IMG/VR virus record: IMGVR_UViG_3300043438_001900
Direction: 5' to 3' (one strand)
Length of the DNA: 64,000 bases
From: an uncultured virus (IMG/VR IMGVR_UViG_3300043438_001900)
Lineage: Duplodnaviria > Heunggongvirae > Uroviricota > Caudoviricetes
Shown in pieces: positions 30,960-41,427 of the stretch; position 1 is the stretch's first letter; each line of letters begins with the position of its first letter. The notes under the pieces were generated by a model. It did no database searches. It saw only the letters and a program-made list of their open reading frames with translations, and had not been told where the DNA came from. The position numbers and the translations under genes were made by a program.

Positions 30960-32729
30960 TTACCTCTTTTTGGAAAATAACCACGAATATTCTTTATAGT
31001 GGTCCTTAGTCGCATTACCGTGTATCTGTTGAACCACATTAGCGTCCGTACCCATTGAACCTATTTGGTCAAATGCGGTACCATATGAATAAAACGATTT
31101 GTTCGGTTCGTAGGTTCTTTCAGTTACCGTCCACGACTCCAACATTGCCTTATTTGCGTTCTCGTTTTTTTCTAATTGACTAAAACACATATCGGCCGCG
31201 TAAAGTGCCATCGACATACTCATAATTGCATCATCATGATGTCCTTTCATGTGGTCAGGTCTACCGTTGATATAAACAAATGTGTTTAATTCATTTACTA
31301 ATCTACTTGACCTAACTTGGAATCCTTTTCTTAATTGTTCTTCAAATGCGGCAACAATCTGAGTTCTTTTATTGTTAAAATTTAATCCGGGGATTTTTTC
31401 CATCGCCTTCGAATTATATTCCCAAATATTCTTTGTATTAACACCATCAATATACAGGTTCCTATAATTCATCTCCTGTAATTTTCTGGATGTTGCCACA
31501 CCCATACCACCGGTGATATCAATTACAATAAACGCCTCATATAAAATTCCCCATTTATATGCAACTGACGCTAAATCGTCGGGTGGAATCTTACCTATAT
31601 ATTCCGCAACTTGTTCCCTCTCATCAAAGTCAATTATATTAATAGATGAGAAGTCTTCACTGTCCCCTCTACTCACATCGACACCCATAATGTATTTATG
31701 TCCTTGTACCGGTTCTTTCCATTGCCAAAAGGTACCTTGCATGTACTTTTCTTTTGGTGTGCGTAACATGTTCTTAGTTATATTATCTTGAATATCACCC
31801 GGAATAACACCATCACCCGAACCCAAGAAGTCACACTCTAACTCTTGCGCAATCTTACGTCTATCATATTTGAACTTTTTTGACATTGATTCAAACCATG
31901 AAGAAAACGGTTTATATCCCAATTCTTCAAGTTCGGCATACTTTTCTATGTCAAAGTCATATATTATCACTTCAGTATCGTCATATTGTTCTCTATTCAA
32001 CATGTAATGACATATATCCTGACATTTAACCCAACGTAAGTCCTTTGTGTAACGAGGGTCTTTAAACCACCTTAAATCGGTTATATGGAAGTCATTGATA
32101 CCTCTCATCGCTTGGTCATAAACACCATAGTAAATTGGGTCATATCCATTCGGAGTAGAAACAAGAATAATCTTACCACCTGTAGATAGGGATGCCATAG
32201 ATGCCGCCCAAAAATCTTCACCGGCTTCGATATATGCCGCCTCGTCAAATACAAGGATTGTTGGGGTATAACCACGTAACGCATCCGCAGATGTCGCAAC
32301 CGCCTTAACCTCACACCCGTTGTTTAACCTAAATCTACTTTCTGAATTTTTATCGGGTGAAAACCCAACATTCAACCAATCTGGCCATTGGTCTAAGAAA
32401 TGACGAACCTTATTGGCCATTTCCACCGCGGTATCCTTTTTGTTGGCAATTAATAATACCCTTTCAGGGTTTTCTGGTTTTGCCAATTGTAGTCTTCTGG
32501 AAATCCATGCGGCAGTTACTGTGGTAACACCGGCCTGTCTATATTTCCTCGTAATATTTTCGTTGTATACTTCGTAATCCTTGATTAACTGAACTTGGTC
32601 AGGGAATAACTCTAAAGGAACATATTTCTTTTGCGTATTGTCATATGTCGTTAAGTATGTTTTTAACGCATATGGAGCATCCTTCATTATACGAGCATAC
32701 TCTTTTAATTGTTCTATCTTATTACTCAT
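30960..32729 (-). CDS. Terminase large subunit, T4 gp17-like
   Basis: KYRQAGVTT, LVFDEAA, STPNG, QELECDFLGSG, GVDVSRG, HDDAIMS. Confidence 0.95.
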   Translation of the reverse strand: MSNKIEQLKEYARIMKDAPYALKTYLTTYDNTQKKYVPLELFPDQVQLIKDYEVYNENITRKYRQAGVTTVTAAWISRRLQLAKPENPERVLLIANKKDTAVEMANKVRHFLDQWPDWLNVGFSPDKNSESRFRLNNGCEVKAVATSADALRGYTPTILVFDEAAYIEAGEDFWAASMASLSTGGKIILVSTPNGYDPIYYGVYDQAMRGINDFHITDLRWFKDPRYTKDLRWVKCQDICHYMLNREQYDDTEVIIYDFDIEKYAELEELGYKPFSSWFESMSKKFKYDRRKIAQELECDFLGSGDGVIPGDIQDNITKNMLRTPKEKYMQGTFWQWKEPVQGHKYIMGVDVSRGDSEDFSSINIIDFDEREQVAEYIGKIPPDDLASVAYKWGILYEAFIVIDITGGMGVATSRKLQEMNYRNLYIDGVNTKNIWEYNSKAMEKIPGLNFNNKRTQIVAAFEEQLRKGFQVRSSRLVNELNTFVYINGRPDHMKGHHDDAIMSMSMALYAADMCFSQLEKNENANKAMLESWTVTERTYEPNKSFYSYGTAFDQIGSMGTDANVVQQIHGNATKDHYKEYSWLFSKKR

Positions 32730-32774
32730 ATATATAAATACAAAAAAAGGAGGTTAAAAACCCCCTTTTAAATA

Positions 32775-34208
32775 TTATCGATTATCGTCATCATCGTCAT
32801 CCGATAAACTAATACCTAAATCACCTAAAAGATTTCTCATATCATCATCAGTAAAATCATCCGCAACATCATCTAAATCATTATTAAATGATTCCATTGC
32901 ATCTTGGTAATCTTGGTCTCTAAGTAATTGTTCAATCCCTAACATTAATTCATTCATTAATCTTTTACCATTTGCAGAACCTGAAACAACCTCCTTTGCG
33001 AATACCAATAAATTTTTTGCTGGTAATTTGAAAATTGTCATTAGTAATCTATTCTGTAGATGCATCTTATTTACATCGGTTAAGATGTCTTCAGGAAATT
33101 GTCTTCTCATCCTTTCCCATATTGCTGGTCCTAATCTCAAATCCCATACTTCTTTTTCTAAAGTATCTTCTGATTGTTGTACCGCATTAAAAGTTTCTAA
33201 ATCATCTGGGTCACCGGCGTATGAAATTAAATCCATCACCGCTTTAACTAATTCATGGACAAGTACGGGAAAATTAACAGCTTCTATTGTTATTTTAGGG
33301 GGGTTGGAATTTCTATCTGTTTTTTGTTTACCAGCCATACTTGACCCACCTTCTCCGCCTCCACCCATCATCATTTTCATTTGTTCGTCACTTAATTGCC
33401 AATAAAGTGTATCGTTAATTGACATTAAAATACCGTATTGATTTATCAAGTTTTCAGAACCAGTAATTTCTTCAATTTTATCAGGAACATAATGATACAT
33501 ATAGTGAGCCTTTTCTGATGCACCTTGTATCATACTATTAATAAATCTTCTTTTTGCTTTTTCTAAATCAAGTTTTTCCAAATCACCCATTAAATCCTCC
33601 TCAACCTCAATATTTACTTCTGGAGCATTTTGTTGTTGACCTTGTTCTCTATTGAAATCACTCGAATCAATTTCACCTGTATTAACAATTTTAACATCAA
33701 ATTGTAAAATATTTACTTTTTTTCTAGTTGTTCCGGTTATTTGATACTTATATGCCATATATACACCATCAATAAATTCAACACCAGCACCTTCTTCAAT
33801 CTCCTTTGGTTTAAAAACATTCAGTTCTTTTACAACTAAATCAACTGATAATTTTTCTAATTCTCCTCTATGTGCTCTTTCGGTTTGTACAATTTGATTA
33901 TGAGCAGTCATCATCATTTGAGCTAATGGCATTATATCATTAATAGTCCTAAGAGGTGTATTAATACCCGTATATTGTCTTAGGTTACTAATTACTTGTC
34001 TATATCTTTCAGATGCTAAAAGTTCTTGGAAATTTTTATTGGGTTCATCACCTGTTTTAGGAAATGGAATTTTTTTCAATGGAGTATCTCCTTGAGCTAG
34101 TTTATTTTGTATACCTTGGTCAGGTCTATCTTCCGTATCGAAATCCATTGCCATCTCTTCTAAATTTTCTTTAATTAAAGATAACAAATTTTTTTTACTA
34201 AATTCCAT
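32775..34208 (-). CDS. Hypothetical protein
   Basis: 477-aa ORF. Confidence 0.6.
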   Translation of the reverse strand: MEFSKKNLLSLIKENLEEMAMDFDTEDRPDQGIQNKLAQGDTPLKKIPFPKTGDEPNKNFQELLASERYRQVISNLRQYTGINTPLRTINDIMPLAQMMMTAHNQIVQTERAHRGELEKLSVDLVVKELNVFKPKEIEEGAGVEFIDGVYMAYKYQITGTTRKKVNILQFDVKIVNTGEIDSSDFNREQGQQQNAPEVNIEVEEDLMGDLEKLDLEKAKRRFINSMIQGASEKAHYMYHYVPDKIEEITGSENLINQYGILMSINDTLYWQLSDEQMKMMMGGGGEGGSSMAGKQKTDRNSNPPKITIEAVNFPVLVHELVKAVMDLISYAGDPDDLETFNAVQQSEDTLEKEVWDLRLGPAIWERMRRQFPEDILTDVNKMHLQNRLLMTIFKLPAKNLLVFAKEVVSGSANGKRLMNELMLGIEQLLRDQDYQDAMESFNNDLDDVADDFTDDDMRNLLGDLGISLSDDDDDDNR

Positions 34209-34794
34209 TTTTAATTCTTTTTTTTTCAGCTAATGCTTTTGGAGCATGATTAGGTCCCGGTTTAGGACTAAATGGGTCATCAGTTTTAGGTTTTTCTGTT
34301 GGTTTCTCTCTAACAGGTCTTTCTCTAACCGGTGTTTCGGTTTCTTTTTCTTTGGTTGATGATGACATGATTGAATCATAAGTCATAAATTCAGGAACAC
34401 CGTTGTGTCCTTTGTTTGCCTTAGTTGCCGGCATTGGTGTTGAAGTTTCTTTAACTTTAGAACTAATAATTTCCATAATTTCACTTTTTTTCGTAAAATT
34501 ACTAAATTTTTCCTCAGCCAAATTTAAAACCCAAGATTCAACCTCATTTTCTTTTTGAACATGAGACCATTCTTCATTTTCATCCCCTTCTTCACTCTTT
34601 TCTTCGTAAGTTTCAATTGTCTTACCTAATTTTTTTGCATTTTCAATGTCCTTAACGTTATCTGACTTAATTATTACCGCTTCTTTTAAAACAGTTTTGG
34701 CTAAAACGGTAAGTTCCTTGTCTCCCATACGAGAAAGGGTCTTTTCAGAAAACCCCTCAGATAATAGTTTTTCGATTATATCTTTTCTTTTCAT
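34198..34794 (-). CDS. Hypothetical protein
   Basis: 198-aa ORF, coupled. Confidence 0.6.
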   Translation of the reverse strand: MKRKDIIEKLLSEGFSEKTLSRMGDKELTVLAKTVLKEAVIIKSDNVKDIENAKKLGKTIETYEEKSEEGDENEEWSHVQKENEVESWVLNLAEEKFSNFTKKSEIMEIISSKVKETSTPMPATKANKGHNGVPEFMTYDSIMSSSTKEKETETPVRERPVREKPTEKPKTDDPFSPKPGPNHAPKALAEKKRIKNGI

Positions 34795-35192
34795 AACGAT
34801 TTAAATTTTAATTCTTGGGTTTCTAAAATATAACCTCTTGATTTTAGTTTTTTCTCTACTGATTCCATGGATTCACCAAAACGGAAAAACATTCTATCTT
34901 CATCCATGTCGAAATTAGATTTTTCCCATGCCATGGCAATTATACCATCCACAGCATCAATAACACCGAAATAGTCAGAATTTTGTATTAATTCAAAAAC
35001 CACATCGGTGTCACGTAAAAGACCTACAAGGTCAATATATTCAATACTTGGAGACTTTGAGGTCATTGTTGAAGATGCTGGAACGTCAAACCATTCCTCC
35101 ATGTCAATTTCTACGCTTTCACTAAAAATGAATTCGTACTGTCTTTGACCTTTAAAATCGGAACCGATTTCATTGACGTATATTAAACGCAT
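34791..35192 (-). CDS. Hypothetical protein
   Basis: 133-aa ORF, coupled. Confidence 0.6.
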   Translation of the reverse strand: MRLIYVNEIGSDFKGQRQYEFIFSESVEIDMEEWFDVPASSTMTSKSPSIEYIDLVGLLRDTDVVFELIQNSDYFGVIDAVDGIIAMAWEKSNFDMDEDRMFFRFGESMESVEKKLKSRGYILETQELKFKSL

Positions 35193-35193
35193 C

Positions 35194-36171
35194 TTACTTG
35201 AAATATTTACCTAAAGTTTCCCCGATATTTCTGTTAATTTCTTTCTTTATTTCCTCCAAGTCGATTTCCATTACGTCATCTTCTTGTACCGAACCTAAAT
35301 CAGCATAATTGCTCAAATCAATTTCTTCGTCTTGAACTGCTGGCATATTAACAAAACTCTCCAATTTATCCATTATTGACATTTCACCCAAATCTTCGTC
35401 TGCTTCAGGTTCTTCTGCCGGCATTTCAGGTTCTTCTGCAGGAATCCCTTCCTCATCACCAAAATCCTCTTCATCTCTGTCGAATTTTTTAGCGATGTCT
35501 TCGATGTCCTCAATCTCAAGTTTGTTAAGGTCAACCGCCGAGATAATCATGTTAAGTACGTATTTGATATCGTCACTTTCCATTTTTTCTTTTTGGTCTC
35601 TTAATTCTTGACCTAATTTACCTGCGAATTTTTGAACTTCAGCCATGTAATCAGATGGTTTGGGTGTGTTTTCATCACCCATTTCAGGTTCCATTGATGT
35701 ATCATCAGAAGGAACATCTGAACCCATATCATCCATAGATGTTACCGGTGTCTCGTCTGCAGATGGTTCTGATGGAACATCAGTTGGCATCGGTGCTGGC
35801 GCATCAACAGGCATTGCAGGTTCTGTGGTTTTGTTTTGTTTTAATACATATTTTGTGGCTTCCTGTAATTGTTCTTGACCATTTAAAAGGTCAAGTCTTT
35901 TCAATGCCTCAGCGTATGAACTAAATTTGTTTTTATTTTTCATGAAAAGACCACCAATGTAATCCAATGAACTTTCATTTAAACCTTTCTTTACGAAATA
36001 TCCATCTTTTTCTTTGACGATACCGTATACACCGTTTACTGATTCTGAGATATACTCAGCCTTAGACGATGTGTTGTTTGTTTTATTACCGTAATAAGTC
36101 AACTCAAGAATTCTCTTTAATTTGTCGTCTCCTTGAAGTTTCTCACTTCCTAATGGTTTTAAGTCTGCCAT
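35194..36171 (-). CDS. Hypothetical acidic protein (possible head-associated)
   Basis: 325-aa ORF; TATTTAT upstream. Confidence 0.6.
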   Translation of the reverse strand: MADLKPLGSEKLQGDDKLKRILELTYYGNKTNNTSSKAEYISESVNGVYGIVKEKDGYFVKKGLNESSLDYIGGLFMKNKNKFSSYAEALKRLDLLNGQEQLQEATKYVLKQNKTTEPAMPVDAPAPMPTDVPSEPSADETPVTSMDDMGSDVPSDDTSMEPEMGDENTPKPSDYMAEVQKFAGKLGQELRDQKEKMESDDIKYVLNMIISAVDLNKLEIEDIEDIAKKFDRDEEDFGDEEGIPAEEPEMPAEEPEADEDLGEMSIMDKLESFVNMPAVQDEEIDLSNYADLGSVQEDDVMEIDLEEIKKEINRNIGETLGKYFK

Positions 36172-36246
36172 GTTTTTTAAATATTGATAATGTGTTATTC
36201 TTAGTATCCTATAAATACATGCATATAGGTAAAAAAATTATGATTA

Positions 36247-37032
36247 CTACTGTGGAAGGGACAATTTCTTATTCCTCACACTCGTTTTTATGTTCATCAA
36301 TTTTTCAATGTACCCATTTCTTCTGAGTAATTTGAAGGTTAGATTCTCATAAGAATACTCCCCACCACTCTCAAGACCACATTGTCTGAACTTTTTTATC
36401 TTTGATTTTAATTCATCAACCTCTTTTGTTGTATCCTCACCCATCTCTTCTCTATTAACCATAAGGTCAATTTGTTTGGCGTATTCTTCCGACTTTTCTA
36501 AAATTTTTTTCTCATCTAAGTCAAAAGGTGAGTCTAACTTCTTTGGTTCAACAACCCATTCATTATTTAAAATAGAGTAAACCCCCGTTGATAGATGTTC
36601 TTCATCTACGTCTTGTACATATAACTCAACCTCAAAATCCTTTACTTTAATGTCGGTGGTTGTGTTCCAAATTACCTTTTTACTATCAAAAAACTCTTTA
36701 ACGATTTGGTGGTATATGGTTGGGGTAACTTTATTCCCATCAAATTCATCCAAATCAATTAAGATGTGTAAATCAACATCAGAATATTTTGACCAATTAA
36801 AGTTTGCTAAAGAACCTGTTAGAACGATGTCGTGAACAAAAAAATCAATACCAATGAATTCTAAGAACTCATTTGAAATTTCCAATAATTTTTCTCTAAT
36901 TTCTTCGTTTAAAACATAAGAGTCACCCTTCAAAGAAAAGATTGTTTCGGGCAACGTATCTTTAGGGATGAATGATTTTACAATCTCATTATCCTTTTCA
37001 ATATCCTCTATTAGTTCTTTAATTAAACTCAT
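36247..37032 (-). CDS. Pol-beta-superfamily nucleotidyltransferase
   Basis: LTGSLANFNWSKYSDVDLH...VELYVQD. Confidence 0.8.
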   Translation of the reverse strand: MSLIKELIEDIEKDNEIVKSFIPKDTLPETIFSLKGDSYVLNEEIREKLLEISNEFLEFIGIDFFVHDIVLTGSLANFNWSKYSDVDLHILIDLDEFDGNKVTPTIYHQIVKEFFDSKKVIWNTTTDIKVKDFEVELYVQDVDEEHLSTGVYSILNNEWVVEPKKLDSPFDLDEKKILEKSEEYAKQIDLMVNREEMGEDTTKEVDELKSKIKKFRQCGLESGGEYSYENLTFKLLRRNGYIEKLMNIKTSVRNKKLSLPQ

Positions 37033-37274
37033 TTTACTTTTTGATACTTGTATGTTTTAGAAATACTTGTATTGAAAAACTTACCCTGAGATTCCGCCAT
37101 TCGGAATTTAGTGAAGATTTCCCATGGTACTTCATTATACTCATAAATAGCACCATTATTAAATTCCACCATCAGAGTCTTTTCTTCGGTGTTATATGTT
37201 GCACTTTTAAGATTAGACGATGTTATTAACACCTCAATCAGAAGACCATTAATTTTTTCAGATGTAATTCCCAT
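37029..37274 (-). CDS. KTSC-domain protein
   Basis: SSNLKSATYN...LMVEFNNGAIYEYNEVP...AESQGKFFN. Confidence 0.88.
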   Translation of the reverse strand: MGITSEKINGLLIEVLITSSNLKSATYNTEEKTLMVEFNNGAIYEYNEVPWEIFTKFRMAESQGKFFNTSISKTYKYQKVK

Positions 37275-37518
37275 AATGTTTTTTTATCTGATAATATACA
37301 CAATAAATACCAAATAAAAAACCCCGATTCCTCGGGGTTTAACTTAATTCAACAAAATAATATGTTAAAGTAATTTTTTTTCATATATTCGTATCAAAAT
37401 ATATTCCGAATGAATAAATAAGACAATATGTCAGTTATATCTTTATACTAACTGAAAAAATGTCATCATTTTGTTTTTAGAATTATTTTTGTTATCTTTA
37501 TTAAAAACACATTATATA

Positions 37519-39537
37519 ATGGCAGTAGATTTTTTCGAAGAGGGTCAGACCTCCACTCCAAAGAGGGGTAAAAAGGGTTCTACAACCCCAATCCTTGATA
37601 ACTTTTCAAGGGATTTAAACAAACTTGCCGAAGAGGGTAAAATCGACCCTGTGATTGGTAGAGACAAAGAGGTAAAGAGAATCGCTCAGATTCTTTCAAG
37701 AAAGAAGAAAAACAATGTGGTTGTTGTTGGTGATGCCGGTGTTGGTAAATCTGCTCTTGTTGAGAAATTAGCATTGTTAATTGTTAAAGGTGAATGTCCA
37801 ACCAATCTTTTGGAAAAAAGAATAATGTCGTTGGATTTAACTTCATTAGTTGCAGGTACAAAATACCGTGGACAGTTTGAGGAGAGAATCAAGGCAATTT
37901 TAAATGAGTTACAACACGAACCAAATGTGATTGTCTTTATTGACGAATTACATACAATGATTGGTGCGGGTAATGCAAGTGGTTCAATGGATGCCGCAAA
38001 TATTCTTAAACCCGCATTGGCAAGAGGAGAAATTCAATGTATTGGTGCCACAACTTTTGATGAGTTTAAAAAACATATTGAGAAGGATTCCGCATTAGTT
38101 AGACGTTTCCAAAAGATTATTTTAAAGGAACCGACTCACGAGGAAACCATTCAAATTTTGGATAACCTAAAAGATTCTTATGAAAGTTACCATAAAGTAC
38201 ACTACGAAGATGGTGTTGTTAATATAATTGTTAAACTTTGCGGTCGTTTCATCACGGATAGACAATTCCCCGATAAGGCAATTGATGTATTAGATGAATT
38301 GGGTTCAGATAAAAAAATCAACACTAAGGTTCCCGAAATAATTGAAAAACTAAAAAAAGAATCTGACGAACTTAAAGAAAAAAAGATTCAAGTTGTAAAA
38401 AACCAAAACTACGAGCAGGCGGCGAAACTCAGAGATGAGGAACGTAAAATTCTAACCAAGTTAGAAGAAGAGAAAACATTATGGTTAGACAAACAAAAGG
38501 ATAACAAAGTCCCTGTTTGTGTTGACGATGTTTATGAAATAATCTCACAAATGACAGGTGTCCCAATTACCAAATTGGATGATAGAGAAACTCAAAACCT
38601 ATTAAAATTAGAAGAGAGGTTATCGGCGAAAGTTATTGGTCAGGAAGATGCGATTTCAATTATATCCAAATCAATCAGACGAAATAGGGTTGGTATTAAA
38701 GACACAAACAAACCAATTGGTTCGTTTATCTTTTTAGGTTCGACAGGTGTCGGTAAAACTTACCTCGCCAAGTCTATTGCGGAGTTGTTATTTGGTGACC
38801 CCGAAAAAGTGATTAGAGTAGACATGAGTGAGTTTATGGAAAAACATAATGTATCTCGTTTAATCGGTTCTCCTCCGGGTTATGTTGGTTATGATGAAGG
38901 TGGTCAATTAACTGAGAAGATTAAAAACAATCCATTCTCAGTAGTATTGTTCGATGAGATTGAAAAGGCACACAAAGACGTGTTTAACATCCTACTTCAA
39001 ATTTTAGATGAAGGACATTTAACGGATTCATTTGGTAGGAAGGTTAACTTTACCAATACCATCATTATTATGACCTCTAACGTAGGTGCAAAAAAAGTAT
39101 CAGATTTCGGAGGTGGTGTTGGATTCACAACTAACTCAAGTGAGGAACAAAAACACGAGGTTAGGAAATCAATCATTCAAAAATCTTTGAAACAACATTT
39201 CAATCCCGAGTTTCTTAATCGTATTGATGATATTATTTTGTTTAATAAATTGAATGGTGATACTATTAATAAAATTATCGAAATTGAGTTAGGTAAATTA
39301 CTCATTCGTTTAAAAGAAAAGAATTTCAATGTAGTATTTGATAAAAGTGTAATATCTCGAATTTCCGAGTTAAATATTCAAGAAGAATATGGTGCACGAC
39401 CAATTAAGAGAATCATTCAAAATCTTTGTGAGGATTTCCTCAGTGAAGAGATTTTAAGGGGTTCGATTAAGGAAAACGAACTTACAACATTGAAATTTAA
39501 AGACGGTCAACTAAAAATATTTAAGAAATTGGTATAA
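37519..39537 (+). CDS. clpC: ClpC-like AAA+ ATPase lacking the N-terminal Clp-repeat domain
   Basis: Two AAA modules (GDAGVGKS; GSTGVGKT), UVR-like NYEQAAKLRDEE, LIGSPPGYVGY, GARP; likely start MAVDFF at 37519. Confidence 0.88.
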   Translation: MAVDFFEEGQTSTPKRGKKGSTTPILDNFSRDLNKLAEEGKIDPVIGRDKEVKRIAQILSRKKKNNVVVVGDAGVGKSALVEKLALLIVKGECPTNLLEKRIMSLDLTSLVAGTKYRGQFEERIKAILNELQHEPNVIVFIDELHTMIGAGNASGSMDAANILKPALARGEIQCIGATTFDEFKKHIEKDSALVRRFQKIILKEPTHEETIQILDNLKDSYESYHKVHYEDGVVNIIVKLCGRFITDRQFPDKAIDVLDELGSDKKINTKVPEIIEKLKKESDELKEKKIQVVKNQNYEQAAKLRDEERKILTKLEEEKTLWLDKQKDNKVPVCVDDVYEIISQMTGVPITKLDDRETQNLLKLEERLSAKVIGQEDAISIISKSIRRNRVGIKDTNKPIGSFIFLGSTGVGKTYLAKSIAELLFGDPEKVIRVDMSEFMEKHNVSRLIGSPPGYVGYDEGGQLTEKIKNNPFSVVLFDEIEKAHKDVFNILLQILDEGHLTDSFGRKVNFTNTIIIMTSNVGAKKVSDFGGGVGFTTNSSEEQKHEVRKSIIQKSLKQHFNPEFLNRIDDIILFNKLNGDTINKIIEIELGKLLIRLKEKNFNVVFDKSVISRISELNIQEEYGARPIKRIIQNLCEDFLSEEILRGSIKENELTTLKFKDGQLKIFKKLV

Positions 39538-39644
39538 ATATTTGGGTTTTTTTAAAAATCATATATATTTATATCAACAAGGAAATCTTTGCCGAAATCC
39601 TTTCGTTTTTTAGTCCGTGGGGTTGAACCCACAAAAATGACCTT

Positions 39645-39673
39645 AAGCCCCGATTCCCGTCGGGGCTTTTTTT
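39645..39673 (+). terminator. Intrinsic terminator
   Basis: AAGCCCCGA-TTCCCG-TCGGGGCTT followed by a T-run. Confidence 0.85.
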
Positions 39674-39702
39674 ATTCCGTAATTTTTCGTATATTTGTAA
39701 CT

Positions 39703-39879
39703 ATGAGAAAATATACTTTGATTTTCGCAATTATCGCAACAGTTGCGATGACTGCATGTGGTAACGAGTCTACCACATCAACCGAAACAACCGACTCAAC
39801 TGCAACTGTTGCTGATACAACAGTTGTTGCTGATTCCGATGCAACACAGGAAACTGTGGATAGCACTGTGAAACAGTAA
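39703..39879 (+). CDS. Small Thr-rich lipoprotein
   Basis: MRKYTLIFAIIATVAMTAC lipobox; TATATTTG promoter box just upstream. Confidence 0.75.
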   Translation: MRKYTLIFAIIATVAMTACGNESTTSTETTDSTATVADTTVVADSDATQETVDSTVKQ

Positions 39880-39973
39880 TTAAATGAGTGCTCACTACCG
39901 TTGGTGGAAATGTGGGTTAAATGTATTGATTGTGACACCACAGCTCGTTTTTTTAATTTAAAAATTTTAAAAT

Positions 39974-40357
39974 ATGGAATTAATATTAGTAAGGGGTTTA
40001 CCGGGTTCAGGTAAATCAACATTCGCAAAATCTTTGGGTTGTCCTTGTTTCGAGGCAGATATGTATTTCATCAACGAAGATGGGGTGTACAACTTTGATG
40101 CGTCAAAAATTAAAATGGCCCATCAATGGTGTAAAGACAGGTTAGTACAACTCATGGAAGTGGACATCAAAAAAATTGCGATATCGAATACATTCACCCA
40201 AGAATGGGAAATGGATGATTACTATAAATTGGCGGAACAATACGGGTACACCGTGTTTAGTGTTATCGTTGAGAATAGACATAACGGAAAAAATGTTCAC
40301 GGGGTACCTCAGGACAAATTAGAAATCATGAAAGAAAGATTTCAAGTGAAACTTTAG
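39974..40357 (+). CDS. P-loop polynucleotide-kinase-like protein (AAA_33)
   Basis: VRGLPGSGKST, EADMYF, SNTFTQEWE, HGVP. Confidence 0.85.
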   Translation: MELILVRGLPGSGKSTFAKSLGCPCFEADMYFINEDGVYNFDASKIKMAHQWCKDRLVQLMEVDIKKIAISNTFTQEWEMDDYYKLAEQYGYTVFSVIVENRHNGKNVHGVPQDKLEIMKERFQVKL

Positions 40358-40362
40358 ACATT

Positions 40363-41427
40363 ATGTTAGACATTTTAGAAAGATATCATAAGGATGGTTT
40401 GTTACATAAACAAACCCACCCAACTCTTGATTTGACCATATGGAATTATTCGCCGAAAGTTCAATATGAAAGACTGTGGGATGAGATAACTGTGCAATGT
40501 CGTGGTCTTGTTACTAACAGTAAAGGTGAAATTGTTGCGAAACCATTCAAAAAGTTCTTCAACTATGAAGAACATAAACCAGAAGAAATACCAAATGAGT
40601 ATTTTGAGGTTTATGAAAAAATGGATGGTTCTTTAGGTATATTATTCAACTATAATGGTGAATGGGTAATGGCAACCCGTGGTTCGTTTATTTCTGAACA
40701 ATCAGTTAAAGGTCGTAAGTTACTTGAGAAATATGATTATAATCGGTTACATACCGACTACACTTATTTATTTGAAATAATCTATCCCGAAAATAGAATT
40801 GTGTGTGTTTACGATTTTGAAGATTTAGTTTTATTGGGTGTAATCCACACAGAAAGTGGTAACGAGGTTAATATTCATAACCTCAATAATGAAGATATCC
40901 GATTAAACAACATGATTGGTAATTTAGGTTTCAGAGTCGTTACCTTATATAAAACATGGGGTGAAGGATTTGACGTACTGAAAGAAGAAATATCAAAAGA
41001 TAGAGAAGGATACGTTATTCGTTTTAGAAATGGTTTTCGTATGAAAATCAAAGGGGATGAATATGTCCGTTTGCACCGAATATTAACCAATATATCTAAT
41101 AGAGACATTTGGGAGTATTTGAAAGATGGTAAACCTATGGATGAAATCTTAGATAAAGTACCCGATGAATTTTACGATTGGGTTAAGAACACCAAAAATG
41201 ATTTAATTACACAATTCAATATATTAGAAAAAGAATATCAATGGATATTCAAAGTAACAAACAGGGTTCACGGTATTGAGAATCGTGCAGTCTTTGCTGA
41301 GTACGCAAAAAAATACAAACACCCCAACTTATTATTTAATATGTTGGATGGTAAAGACTATTCGCAACAAATATGGAAACTTCTGTACCCAACATATTCA
41401 AAACCATTTAAAAAAGATGAAATATAG
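40363..41427 (+). CDS. RNA ligase 1 (T4 RnlA-like)
   Basis: CRGLV, KFFNY, EKMDGSLG, FEIIYPENRIV, EGYV, KIKGDEY. Confidence 0.92.
   Translation: MLDILERYHKDGLLHKQTHPTLDLTIWNYSPKVQYERLWDEITVQCRGLVTNSKGEIVAKPFKKFFNYEEHKPEEIPNEYFEVYEKMDGSLGILFNYNGEWVMATRGSFISEQSVKGRKLLEKYDYNRLHTDYTYLFEIIYPENRIVCVYDFEDLVLLGVIHTESGNEVNIHNLNNEDIRLNNMIGNLGFRVVTLYKTWGEGFDVLKEEISKDREGYVIRFRNGFRMKIKGDEYVRLHRILTNISNRDIWEYLKDGKPMDEILDKVPDEFYDWVKNTKNDLITQFNILEKEYQWIFKVTNRVHGIENRAVFAEYAKKYKHPNLLFNMLDGKDYSQQIWKLLYPTYSKPFKKDEI

Noticed and set aside
22531..33405. Antisense ORFs such as 22531..22983, 25766..26227, 26390..26812, 33028..33405
   Set aside because: Opposite-strand shadows of well-supported genes.
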